Below are positions 16,828 through 24,881 of a DNA stretch of 29,432 nt, in pieces; the first letter of the stretch is position 1, and the number at the start of each line of letters is the position of its first letter. The notes beneath the pieces were generated by a model. That model had not been told where the DNA came from. It saw only the letters and a program-made list of their open reading frames with translations, and searched no databases. A program made the translations under genes and the position numbers. The DNA comes from Minisyncoccota bacterium (GTDB lineage: Bacteria; Patescibacteriota; Minisyncoccia; Phycocordibacterales; Phycocordibacteraceae): the NCBI GenBank assembly GCA_035553815.1, contig DATMJP010000003.1, positions 1 to 29,432 on the forward strand. The letters are read 5' to 3'.

Positions 16828-16836
16828 AGAGTACCA
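16828..16836 (-). promoter_or_regulatory. Extended -10 element of yidC
   Basis: Minus strand TG-G-TACTCT, 7 nt, ATG at 16820. Confidence 0.5.
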
Positions 16837-16838
16837 GA

Positions 16839-17165
16839 TTACGCACGTGTCTGCTCGATAAGGGCAGTGAGTTCAGTCTGCAGATCCTCAAAAGGAAGTA
16901 GCTGACTCTTTGGACGAGCGTATACAACGAGTATGAAGTCCTTAGAGCAGTGATTGCGCAGCACTTCACGAATGCGGCGCTTTAGGAGATGACGCTTTAC
17001 TGAGCTGCGCTCTACCTTTTTAGAGACCACCACGCCGCACCCGCCCTCGCTTGGCGCAGGGCCGTAGGTAACGGAGAAATGCGGGCTGGTTGCCCGCATC
17101 AAGTCCTTCCGGCTCGTTACGCTCTCAAAATCCCGGCGGGAGAGACGCAATCGGCGTGGAATCAT
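16839..17165 (-). CDS. rnpA: Ribonuclease P protein component
   Basis: RL....DF, GVVVSKKV...VKRHLLKRRIRE (RNR-motif helix, diverged); located between rpmH and yidC. Confidence 0.85.
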   Translation of the reverse strand: MIPRRLRLSRRDFESVTSRKDLMRATSPHFSVTYGPAPSEGGCGVVVSKKVERSSVKRHLLKRRIREVLRNHCSKDFILVVYARPKSQLLPFEDLQTELTALIEQTRA

Positions 17166-17167
17166 GG

Positions 17168-17305
17168 TTATACCGTAAGGCTGGCGCGACCCTTGCGGCG
17201 ACGGCGAAGAATGGTCTTCTTGCCGCCTGGGGTTGCAGCACGTGCACGAAAACCGTGCGTCGTTGCGCGCTTGCGTTTCTTTGGCTGGTAGGTGCGCTTA
17301 GGCAT
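17168..17305 (-). CDS. rpmH: 50S ribosomal protein L34 (45 aa, missed by the ORF track)
   Basis: Manual translation [45 protein letters not shown] matches the L34 pattern; divergent from dnaA. Confidence 0.95.
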   Translation of the reverse strand: MPKRTYQPKKRKRATTHGFRARAATPGGKKTILRRRRKGRASLTV

Positions 17306-17306
17306 G

Positions 17307-17389
17307 TTGTCCACAGGATAGTACCAGGCACCAGCCGTAAACGCAACATTTTAGGGGACTTTCGACTTTTCCCCAGGTGCCCGTATAAT
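17307..17389. promoter_or_regulatory. Divergent rpmH/dnaA promoter region with two DnaA-box-like sites
   Basis: rpmH extended -10 TG-G-TACTAT (minus, 17326-17318); dnaA -10 TATAAT (17384-17389) 9 nt before the ATG; TTGTCCACA at 17307-17315 and TTTTCCCCA at 17367-17375. Confidence 0.7.
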
Positions 17390-17398
17390 ACGGCAACG

Positions 17399-18748
17399 AT
17401 GAATAAGTCAGATCCGCATGAGCTATGGGAGTATGTGCTTACGCAGGTTGAACTTTCTATTTCTCCAGCCAACTTTAATACCTGGTTTAGGGACAGCTCG
17501 ATCGTCAAAATAGAGGACGGGATAGTACATATAGGCGTGCCAAGTCAGTTCTTCCGCGACTGGTACTTGAAAAAGTTCCACACCCTTCTTTTAAAGATAA
17601 TCCGCGATGTTAACTATGAGTTTCGCAACATTGAATACGACATAGTGAAGGATATTTCCAGAAAACCTAAGGAAATAAAGCGTCCCCATCAGCCTACGGT
17701 CGAGCTACCGCTCAGTGATTTCTATAAGAACAAGAGTGATAACTTAAACCCCCGCTATACCTTCGATACCTTTGTGGTAGGTGCCTTTAACGAGCTTGCA
17801 CATGCTGCAGCGCAAGCAGCGATCAAGAACCCAGGTATTCTCTACAATCCACTCTTCATTTACGGCGATACCGGCCGTGGCAAAACCCACCTTATCCAGG
17901 CAATAGGAAACCAGTTCAAGAAGCTCTATCCGACGCGCAAGGTGTACTACCTTTCTTCAGAGCAGTTTGGTAATGAGTACACGGACGCGATCCAAAACGG
18001 TACTGCTAACCGGTTTAAGGAGAAATACCGCCACTACGATCTCCTTATCATGGACGATGTGCAGTTCTTCACGAAGCGTGAAAAGACCCAGGAGGAGGTA
18101 TTCCACCTATTCAATTCACTTCACGATAACAACAAACAGATTATTTTCTCTTCAGACCGCGCACCAGTAGCAATTCCAGACATTGCAGACCGTCTGCGTG
18201 GCCGCTTCCTTGCAGGCATGACCATTGATATTGGCGAGCCGGATACTGAGGCACGTATGGCTATCGTGCAGAAAAAGGCAGCATCTAACGGCGTTTTGCT
18301 CTCAGATGAGGTGGTTGAGTACGTTGCTACTTCTATTTCAGGCAACATCCGCGAGCTTGAGGGCGTTATTAACTCAATTGTGTGTCACACCCAGGTAAAG
18401 GGCGTTCCGCCAGACCTTGCGGAGGTAAAGCAGTCGCTCCGTTCATTCTCTCGACCAACGAAAACTCCTAATGTGAAGCACGTAGTGAATAAGGTGGCTG
18501 AATTCTACGGAATTGATGAGGAGAGCGTCTATGAGAAGACTCGAAGGAGAGAGGTGGTGCGTCCTCGCCAAGTCATTATGTATATTCTGCGCGAGGATTT
18601 CGGCGTGTCGTATCCGACCATTGGCAATAAGCTTGGCGGACGCGATCACACAACCGTTATTCACTCCTGTGAAAAGGTGAAGAGGGAAGTCCAGACGGAT
18701 ACGGAACTTGCTAAGGAAATCCAAGATATCCGCAGCTTGTTGGTATAG
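17399..18748 (+). CDS. dnaA: Chromosomal replication initiator DnaA (449 aa)
   Basis: Domain I LW..VL..VEL.IS.ANFNTWF, LNPRYTFDTFVVG, NPLFIYGDTGRGKTHL, DLLIMDDVQF, NIRELEG, RDHTTVIH. The true start is ATG 17399; the ORF-track extension from 17090 is antisense to rpmH/rnpA. Confidence 0.97.
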   Translation: MNKSDPHELWEYVLTQVELSISPANFNTWFRDSSIVKIEDGIVHIGVPSQFFRDWYLKKFHTLLLKIIRDVNYEFRNIEYDIVKDISRKPKEIKRPHQPTVELPLSDFYKNKSDNLNPRYTFDTFVVGAFNELAHAAAQAAIKNPGILYNPLFIYGDTGRGKTHLIQAIGNQFKKLYPTRKVYYLSSEQFGNEYTDAIQNGTANRFKEKYRHYDLLIMDDVQFFTKREKTQEEVFHLFNSLHDNNKQIIFSSDRAPVAIPDIADRLRGRFLAGMTIDIGEPDTEARMAIVQKKAASNGVLLSDEVVEYVATSISGNIRELEGVINSIVCHTQVKGVPPDLAEVKQSLRSFSRPTKTPNVKHVVNKVAEFYGIDEESVYEKTRRREVVRPRQVIMYILREDFGVSYPTIGNKLGGRDHTTVIHSCEKVKREVQTDTELAKEIQDIRSLLV

Positions 18749-18976
18749 CTGGGGATAAGGTATGGAAAAGCGTGGAGTGAATGTGGGGACAAAGAGAGGA
18801 GAAATAAGCCAGCTATCCCCACACGGTTCTATACCCTCCATTTCTATCCCCACTAGAAGCGCTTCTGGCGGGCAGTACTCAACAGGATACCGGGAGAGCA
18901 GGTTTCAAAATAGTGGCGTATACTGGGACTATATGGAGGTTATCCCCCTATCCACACACCTAATAATAAGAGGGGT
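18749..18976. other. Probable replication origin oriC (dnaA-dnaN intergenic)
   Basis: Box-like 9-mers: rc TTATCCCCA 18750-58, rc TTTTCCATA 18761-69, rc TTGTCCCCA 18784-92, CTATCCCCA 18813-21 and 18844-52, tandem TTATCCCCC 18940-48 / CTATCCACA 18948-56, followed by CAC-CTA-ATA-ATA (DnaA-trio-like). A 12-bp palindrome AGAAGCGCTTCT lies at 18855-66. Confidence 0.8.
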
Positions 18977-20077
18977 ATGATCATAAAAGTAGATAAAAAA
19001 GAAATAGCTCAAGCAGTGAGCACCGTTGCGCGATTTGCGGAGCGTCGTTCAGCAACATTGCCTGTACTCTCAGGCATAGCCATTGTTGCAGGGGATGATG
19101 GCATCAAACTGCGCGCTACTAATCTTGAAACCGGCATTGATTACAAGGTGAGCGGCGAGATAAAGACACCGGGCGTTGTTGCGCTTCCTGCCAGTACGCT
19201 TCGCGAGATTACTTCCTCGTTCACAGGAACCGGTACCGTCACACTCGAGCATGGAGGTGATACTGTCGTGATTACCTCAGAATTAGGTCGCAGCACGCTT
19301 AAGACCCTTCCCTTCGAGGATTTCCCTTCGCTCCCATTCCCAGAGTCTCCTAAGGCTAAATTTTCGCTTCCAGGCGCATCATTGCGCGCACTCATAACGA
19401 CGGTTGCACCGTGTGCGTCGCCATCAACCGTGCGCCCGGAACTTGCGAGCGTGCTGCTTACGTGCGAAAGCGGCACATTGAAGGCAGTTGCAACCGATTC
19501 TTTCCGTCTTGCAGAGAAGAAACTCTCCGTGGAAGGGAAGGTTGGCGCCTTTTCAATGCTTATACCAGCTAAGAATGCGCTTGATATCGTGCAGACTATT
19601 CCGGACGATGCTATTGAGGTATTGATTGATGAGCATCAATGCGCATTTTCATGGCCATCCGGCATTGTGACCACTCGCCTTGTGACTCTCTCGTATCCTG
19701 ATTACACCCAGATCATCCCTAAATCATTTGTTTCTGAAGCGACCCTGCTTCGCAAGGATCTTGAGTCAGGCCTTAAACGAACAGCAATCTTCTCAGACAC
19801 CTTTCAGAAGGTGCGCCTTGCGATGGGTACGAACGAGAAGAAGCTCACGCTCACTGCGCGCAATAATGATGTGGGAGAGACTTCAGAAAGTATTCCAGCC
19901 TCTGTAACAGGGGAATCAATTGAACTCTCATTCAACCACCGATACCTTTCAGCACCGCTTTCTTCGATCAGTGCAGAAAGTCTGACCCTCTCTGCCAGCG
20001 GCATTGGACGTCCGCTTGTCATGCGGGGAACAGGGGACACTTCGTTCCTGTACCTCGTGATGCCGATGAACCAGTAG
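18977..20077 (+). CDS. dnaN: DNA polymerase III beta sliding clamp
   Basis: LPVLSGI, LRATNLE, ..EDFP.LP, LKAVATDSFRLAE, YPDYTQIIP, FNHRYL, FLYLVMPM; follows dnaA. Confidence 0.96.
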   Translation: MIIKVDKKEIAQAVSTVARFAERRSATLPVLSGIAIVAGDDGIKLRATNLETGIDYKVSGEIKTPGVVALPASTLREITSSFTGTGTVTLEHGGDTVVITSELGRSTLKTLPFEDFPSLPFPESPKAKFSLPGASLRALITTVAPCASPSTVRPELASVLLTCESGTLKAVATDSFRLAEKKLSVEGKVGAFSMLIPAKNALDIVQTIPDDAIEVLIDEHQCAFSWPSGIVTTRLVTLSYPDYTQIIPKSFVSEATLLRKDLESGLKRTAIFSDTFQKVRLAMGTNEKKLTLTARNNDVGETSESIPASVTGESIELSFNHRYLSAPLSSISAESLTLSASGIGRPLVMRGTGDTSFLYLVMPMNQ

Positions 20078-20080
20078 CGT

Positions 20081-20332
20081 ATGAAGTCTCTTCGCGACCT
20101 GCTTCTCAAACATAAAGTTCCTGGAGTTGAAGAAGCGGAGATGCGCCGCATGTGCGCAGCAATTTTAAGCAACGTCACTTCAGTTTCTATACTGCCAAAG
20201 CAAATTAAGTATCAAGATGGCATACTCTCGCTTTCTGTGCCGCCAATTGTGAAGTCAGCGCTCCTTATGAAATTCGAGAGAGCGCAAGCTGCGCTCTCTG
20301 AAGTGAATATTACTGTTCGCGAGATTCGTTAG
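20081..20332 (+). CDS. Small DciA/DUF721-like protein (83 aa)
   Basis: Directly after dnaN. KH-like pattern IKYQDGILSLSV.P..KSALLMK..R...L...I.VREIR resembles the DciA N-terminal domain. Confidence 0.55.
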   Translation: MKSLRDLLLKHKVPGVEEAEMRRMCAAILSNVTSVSILPKQIKYQDGILSLSVPPIVKSALLMKFERAQAALSEVNITVREIR

Positions 20333-22565
20333 ATTCTTCTTGCGGAGGAGGAAAACCTTGTTCATACCCTGGAAGGGTACGGAGTATTTCCGGCGGGATG
20401 ATTTCCTGAATGAGTTCACCATCCATAAACGGAGTGGTGCTACCCATAAACGGATTGAATGGGGACGGCGAACTCCATCCTCCGATCGGATATTCCCAGT
20501 AGGCGTACTGGCCGTCGCCTATAGAATTACCGCCGCCAAGAGGATTATCCTTGTCCACCCAGTGGAGGATGTCATGCGTGCCGCTAGGACCGGTGTGTAC
20601 GCCGCGCAGCGCGGGAGGTGCGCTCTCAGGAATAGGGCGAGGCTCGTGGAAGTACTCACGTGGGTACTTCTGGAGCGCTTCCTGCATAACCGCGTTCCAC
20701 ATAGGTGCGACCACGTAGCCTGCGATCTCGCGCACCATCGCGCTGTTGTCGTTGTTGCCGGCCCATACGCCAATAGCAACCGTTGGGGTGTAGCCAACAG
20801 TCCAGACGTCGCGGTACTCGTTAGTGGTACCGGTCTTAGCGGCAACATCAAAGCCGGGGAAGTAGAACGGATTGTTCGGCGGGTACTCAGGCTGACGCGC
20901 TTCGTTGTTTGAAAGCATCCATGAGAGATCATGGGCGACACCAGGATCTACCGCATCCTGCGGATCTGGCGTGTACTCCTCGAGTACCTTGCCCTTCACA
21001 TCTTCAACACGCAGGATGCCGGTTGCTTTGTTGTAGACGCCATTATTGCCGAAGGTGGCGAAAGCGTTCGTAAGGTCGAGAAGGCGAACTTCACCAGCAC
21101 CAAGCGCAAGCGCAAGTGATTTTTCTTCACGGGAAAGGTTGCCGAGCGTAGTTATGCCTGCACGCGCTGCGAGGTTGAGCACGTTGTCGATGCCGGCAAG
21201 GTACATCGTTTTAACCGCAGGTACGTTAATTGACTGCGCGAGCGCTGTGGTGAAGGTCATAGGACCGCGGAACTTGTCGTCATAGTTGCCCGGCGCATAG
21301 CAAGGGAACTCACGATTGAAGTTATCGCTCGGCGCGCAGGCAGTTGAGAACTGGGTAGGGAGGTCAAACACAATAGTCTGCGGCGTGTAGCCCTTGGCGA
21401 GTGCCGTTGCGTACACGAATGGTTTAAAAGCCGAACCAGGCTGGCGCAAGGCAAGAGCAACGTTGTAATTGCCTTCGATATTTGGATCGAAGTAGCTGCG
21501 CGAGCCAACCATAGAGAGGATTTGTCCGGTCTTAGGATCGATCGCGACAAGCGCGGCATTCGATGCATTAAATCGGCGCTCGTTCTCAAGCGCGTACTGG
21601 TACACGATAGATTCAGCAGTGTGCTGAAGTTCTGCATCGAGCGTGGTGATGACCTTAAGTCCCTGAGTTACGACATCAGCACCATACTTCTCCTCCAGCT
21701 GCTGGCGGATATAGAACACAAAGTGCGGCGCAATGATCGAGCTGTTCTGCTGAGGGTTGAATGCAACCGTCTCATTGCGCGCTTCCTCGAACTGCTCTTC
21801 GGTGATGTGGCCGAGATAGCGCATACGCTCAAGTACGAGATTCTTACGTGCATCGAGAGCCTCCCGGTTGTTTCCGTACGGAGAATAGTATGTCGGCGCC
21901 TGCGGGAGCGCTGCTAGGTACGCAGCTTCAGCGAGCGTTACCTCCTTAGCACTTGTTCCAAAGAATGCGCGCGCAGCAGCCTCGACACCGTAAAGGCTTC
22001 CACCGAACGGCGCATCATTGAGATACATTTCAAGAATCTGGTCCTTGGTGTAATGGCGTTCAAGCTTCCAGGCAAGGAACCATTCATGGACCTTGCGGAT
22101 GATGCTCTTCTCGCCGGTAAGCACGGTGAGTTTCACTACCTGCTGCGTAATGGTTGAACCACCCTGGCTGAATTCGCCGGTCTGCAGGTTTACGAGTGCA
22201 GCGCGCAAGACAGCGATCGGACGCACGCCGCTGTGCTGGTAGAACTTATCGTCTTCAATGGCGATAGCAGCTTTTTGAATATACGGAGATACCTCGGTAA
22301 GAGGTAGGGTGGTGCGCCGCACGTCGGTGTTGAGGTCGTAGAGTACGATCTCGCCCGTACGGTCGTAGATCTTGGTCGAAAGTGCGACCTTGCGGTTCAG
22401 GAAGGATTCAAAGTCTGGAGCTGGTGCAAATGCGATCCAGAGCAGGATAAGTCCTATAAAAACAAGGCCAATGCCGCCAGCTATATAGCCTGCGCGGACA
22501 AAGGGATTTGGATCATGAAGGAGGGACTTGAGGTCTTTTAGGCCTCGCAATTTCTTCTTAGTCAT
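20310..22565 (-). CDS. Class A penicillin-binding protein (transglycosylase-transpeptidase, PBP1A family)
   Basis: N-terminal TM; GT motifs AIEDDKFYQH, GGSTITQQVVK, ILEMYLN; TP motifs RQPGSAFK (SxxK), SIN (SxN), KTGT. ATG 22565 is preferred over the ORF-track start 22583, which falls inside the -10/terminator. Confidence 0.95.
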   Translation of the reverse strand: MTKKKLRGLKDLKSLLHDPNPFVRAGYIAGGIGLVFIGLILLWIAFAPAPDFESFLNRKVALSTKIYDRTGEIVLYDLNTDVRRTTLPLTEVSPYIQKAAIAIEDDKFYQHSGVRPIAVLRAALVNLQTGEFSQGGSTITQQVVKLTVLTGEKSIIRKVHEWFLAWKLERHYTKDQILEMYLNDAPFGGSLYGVEAAARAFFGTSAKEVTLAEAAYLAALPQAPTYYSPYGNNREALDARKNLVLERMRYLGHITEEQFEEARNETVAFNPQQNSSIIAPHFVFYIRQQLEEKYGADVVTQGLKVITTLDAELQHTAESIVYQYALENERRFNASNAALVAIDPKTGQILSMVGSRSYFDPNIEGNYNVALALRQPGSAFKPFVYATALAKGYTPQTIVFDLPTQFSTACAPSDNFNREFPCYAPGNYDDKFRGPMTFTTALAQSINVPAVKTMYLAGIDNVLNLAARAGITTLGNLSREEKSLALALGAGEVRLLDLTNAFATFGNNGVYNKATGILRVEDVKGKVLEEYTPDPQDAVDPGVAHDLSWMLSNNEARQPEYPPNNPFYFPGFDVAAKTGTTNEYRDVWTVGYTPTVAIGVWAGNNDNSAMVREIAGYVVAPMWNAVMQEALQKYPREYFHEPRPIPESAPPALRGVHTGPSGTHDILHWVDKDNPLGGGNSIGDGQYAYWEYPIGGWSSPSPFNPFMGSTTPFMDGELIQEIIPPEILRTLPGYEQGFPPPQEESNESREQ

Positions 22566-22573
22566 TTGGTGAC

Positions 22574-22582
22574 ATCCTAACA
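22574..22582 (-). promoter_or_regulatory. Extended -10 element of the PBP gene, overlapping the upstream terminator
   Basis: Minus strand TG-T-TAGGAT, 8 nt, ATG at 22565. Confidence 0.45.
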
Positions 22583-22618
22583 CAAAAGCGGCCCGTAGAT
22601 CGGACCGCTTTTGTGTTA
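22578..22618. terminator. Intrinsic terminator after the acidic microprotein gene
   Basis: Perfect 14-bp inverted repeat TAACACAAAAGCGG ... CCGCTTTTGTGTTA with an inner CCG/CGG pairing; begins at the TAA of the small ORF. Confidence 0.8.
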
Positions 22619-22777
22619 GATCATATCGTCTTCTTCGTCAGTGAGCGCGTCATCAGCAACCTCGTCGTCCTCAGCTGCGTCATCGTCGCCGAGGTCCACC
22701 GCCTCGTCCTCCTCTTCGTCAGCAAGAAGATCGTCGTTCATTGGGTCGTCCATCATAACTACAAAATTATTTTTCAT
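22616..22777 (-). CDS. Highly acidic microprotein (53 aa)
   Basis: MKNNFVVMMDDPMNDDLLADEEEDEAVDLGDDDAAEDDEVADDALTDEEDDMI: 25 of 53 residues are D/E, one is K. It fills the ruvC-PBP gap and has its own terminator. Confidence 0.6.
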   Translation of the reverse strand: MKNNFVVMMDDPMNDDLLADEEEDEAVDLGDDDAAEDDEVADDALTDEEDDMI

Positions 22778-22843
22778 ACTCGCGCCACCAGACCCGAGCA
22801 CCTCTATTTGAGCAGAACGTATACTGTTTGCAAGCTGGATAAC

Positions 22844-23320
22844 TTACGCATGGGGATAGCGACTGGCGAGTGCCGCGATGCCTACCGCAATCGCGTCAAG
22901 TTCATCATCAAGCCTTGCAGCTGAAGGGAGGGTGATGAGGCGCGGAATCATTGCCATCACAGCCTTTTTCTCAGCTGCGCCGTACCCAGTCACTGCGAGT
23001 TTTACGTGCTGCGGGGAGATCTCGCGGACTGGAAGGTTGCGCCTGCCAGCCTCAGCAAGTACAGCGCCACGTGCTTCGGCAACACCAATCGCTGTTGTTT
23101 TATTCGTGCCAAAGAAGAGCGATTCAATCGCAAGGAGATCCGGCGCGTAGGTATCTAGAGCTTCTACGAGCGCATCGGCTATAACAGCAAGCCGCTGGCT
23201 CGCCTCGCCTTTAGGGGGCGTGACACATGTGCTCCATACATAGGAAGGTTTACTAGGGTCGCCCTCGACCACCGCGATGCCCATGCGGTCGTAGCCAGGA
23301 TCAATCGCGAGTATTCTCAT
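22844..23320 (-). CDS. ruvC: Holliday junction resolvase RuvC
   Basis: ILAIDPG, LAIESLFF, EARG, P..VKLAVTGYG.AEK, DDELDAIAVG. ATG 23320 overlaps the end of yebC. Confidence 0.95.
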   Translation of the reverse strand: MRILAIDPGYDRMGIAVVEGDPSKPSYVWSTCVTPPKGEASQRLAVIADALVEALDTYAPDLLAIESLFFGTNKTTAIGVAEARGAVLAEAGRRNLPVREISPQHVKLAVTGYGAAEKKAVMAMIPRLITLPSAARLDDELDAIAVGIAALASRYPHA

Positions 23321-23858
23321 AGCCGCGCACGTTGGTGTACGTTTCCTGCACATCATCGTGCTCATCAAGCAGAGTCAAAATAGTGCCGAGGCGCTCCTCA
23401 TCGTTGCCTGTGATGTCGACCAGAGGTTCGTTCGGTGTGAATGAACCATCAGGAGACTTCGTGAAAGCCCAGAGCGCTGAGCCAGGAGCGGCTAGTTCAT
23501 ACCCATTCTTGGTGAGCATGTGCTTAATTTCAGCAGTGGTACGGTTACGGCTGTCGGTGAGCGCGTTCACAATGCATGCTGAACCGCCCGGCCCGTAAAA
23601 TTCATACGTAACCTGTTCAAGCTCACCGGCTTCTTTGGAAGTGCCTTTTGTAATTGCGCGCTCAATATTATCTTTCGGCATGTTCACCTCTTTGGCGCGC
23701 TGGATAGCTGCCTGAAGCGATGGGGCAGAGAGGTTGCCTGCTGCTTTCTTTGATTCAAGGGTGATAACACGCGCGAGACGTCCGAATGCGCGGCTGCGCG
23801 CCGCGTCCGTCACGGCCTTCTGCCTCTTAATCTGTGCCCATTTGCTGTGTCCTGCCAT
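23301..23858 (-). CDS. yebC: YebC/PmpR family protein (short, 185 aa)
   Basis: MAGHSKWAQIKRQK, NMPKDNIERAI, YE.YGPGG, TDSRNRT, LDEHDDVQE.YTN. Confidence 0.93.
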   Translation of the reverse strand: MAGHSKWAQIKRQKAVTDAARSRAFGRLARVITLESKKAAGNLSAPSLQAAIQRAKEVNMPKDNIERAITKGTSKEAGELEQVTYEFYGPGGSACIVNALTDSRNRTTAEIKHMLTKNGYELAAPGSALWAFTKSPDGSFTPNEPLVDITGNDEERLGTILTLLDEHDDVQETYTNVRGYENTRD

Positions 23859-23859
23859 A

Positions 23860-24852
23860 TCAATTATTTATATACTCTTTTCCTTTATTTGTGAGCATGC
23901 GTCCGCGGCTCGAGCGCTCGATGAATCCAAGGCGTAGTAGATACGGCTCGTACATGTTTTCAACCGTATCCGGATCCTCATGGAGCGCTGAAGCGAGCGC
24001 ACGGATGCCGGCCGGTCCGCCCTTGAACGCATCACGCAGCGTCTCAAGGTAGCGGCGATCATCCTTGGTGAGACCGAGCGTGTCGATGCCAAAGAGCTGG
24101 CACGCTTCATCACACACCTGCGGCGAAAGATCGCGTTCGTGCACTTCAGAGAAATCGCGTACACGCTTTAGTAGAGCGTTTGCAATACGCGGAGTCGCGC
24201 GGCTGCGCGAAGCAATGCGCTCGATAACTTCAGGAGATGCAGAAAGACCAAGCACATCGGCAGAGCGCGCAATGATGGAACGCAAGTCCGCATCGCTATA
24301 GAAATCGAGCTGGTACACGCCGCCTCCAAAGCGTGAGCGAAGCGGGGCAGAGAGTTGCGATACGTGTGTGGTAGCGCCGACCAGCGTGAACGGGGGAAGC
24401 GCGAGTTCAACGGTGCGTGCAGACGGTCCTTTGCCAAGCACAATGTCGAGGCTGCCTTGCTCAAGCGCAGGGTAGAGAAGCTCTTCGATCTTTGAAGAGA
24501 GCTGATGAATTTCATCAATGAAAAGCACCGAGCCTGGTTCAAGGTTGGTGAGAATTGCCGCCAAGTCGCCAGCGCGCTCGATCGCAACACCTGAAGTGCT
24601 CTTGAGTGGCGCCTCAAGGGATGCGGCAACAAGGTGAGCGAGTGTGGTCTTGCCGACGCCGGGAGGGCCGTAGAACAAAATATGTTCTGGCATGGTGCCG
24701 CGCTTCTTTGCGGCTTCGATAACGATGTTGACGTTGTCTTTTACGTGGCTCTGGCCTACGTATTCGGACCAAAGGGTAGGGCGGAGCGTCGCATCAAGCA
24801 TGCGATCCCGCTCCTTTACAAATCCCGTGCTTTCCGTAGAACTACTTGACAT
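23860..24852 (-). CDS. ruvB: Holliday junction branch-migration ATPase RuvB
   Basis: LRPTLWSEYVGQ, GPPGVGKTTLA, LFIDEIH, FTLVGATT, LRSRFG, SRATPRIANALLKRVRD, YEPYLLRLGFIERSSRGR. Confidence 0.96.
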   Translation of the reverse strand: MSSSSTESTGFVKERDRMLDATLRPTLWSEYVGQSHVKDNVNIVIEAAKKRGTMPEHILFYGPPGVGKTTLAHLVAASLEAPLKSTSGVAIERAGDLAAILTNLEPGSVLFIDEIHQLSSKIEELLYPALEQGSLDIVLGKGPSARTVELALPPFTLVGATTHVSQLSAPLRSRFGGGVYQLDFYSDADLRSIIARSADVLGLSASPEVIERIASRSRATPRIANALLKRVRDFSEVHERDLSPQVCDEACQLFGIDTLGLTKDDRRYLETLRDAFKGGPAGIRALASALHEDPDTVENMYEPYLLRLGFIERSSRGRMLTNKGKEYINN

Positions 24853-24881
24853 AAAAAGGGGGTGGTGCTACTATTATAGCA
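24846..24881. promoter_or_regulatory. Bidirectional promoter: ncRNA candidate (+) and ruvB (-)
   Basis: Plus: TTGACA (24846-51), 17 nt, TG-C-TACTAT (24869-74). Minus: TG-C-TATAAT (24878-73). The core GTGCTA-CTATTA-TAGCAC is symmetric. Confidence 0.75.

Noticed and set aside
17090-17398. 103-aa N-terminal extension of DnaA in the ORF track
   Set aside because: It overlaps rpmH and rnpA on the opposite strand; domain I starts at ATG 17399 behind a TATAAT.
18762-18980. 72-aa ORF between dnaA and dnaN
   Set aside because: It runs through the DnaA-box array and has no protein-like features; the region is better explained as oriC.
22834-22859. CTATCCCCA and TTATCCAGC box-like 9-mers at the end of ruvC
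   Set aside because: The first lies within coding sequence (RYPHA) and the second has two mismatches. Possible but unsupported as DnaA sites.
2820-23862. Alternative genetic code (UGA = Gly, as in Gracilibacteria/Absconditabacteria)
   Set aside because: TGA ends pcrA, yebC and ruvB at their expected C-termini, and no conserved gene is interrupted by TGA.
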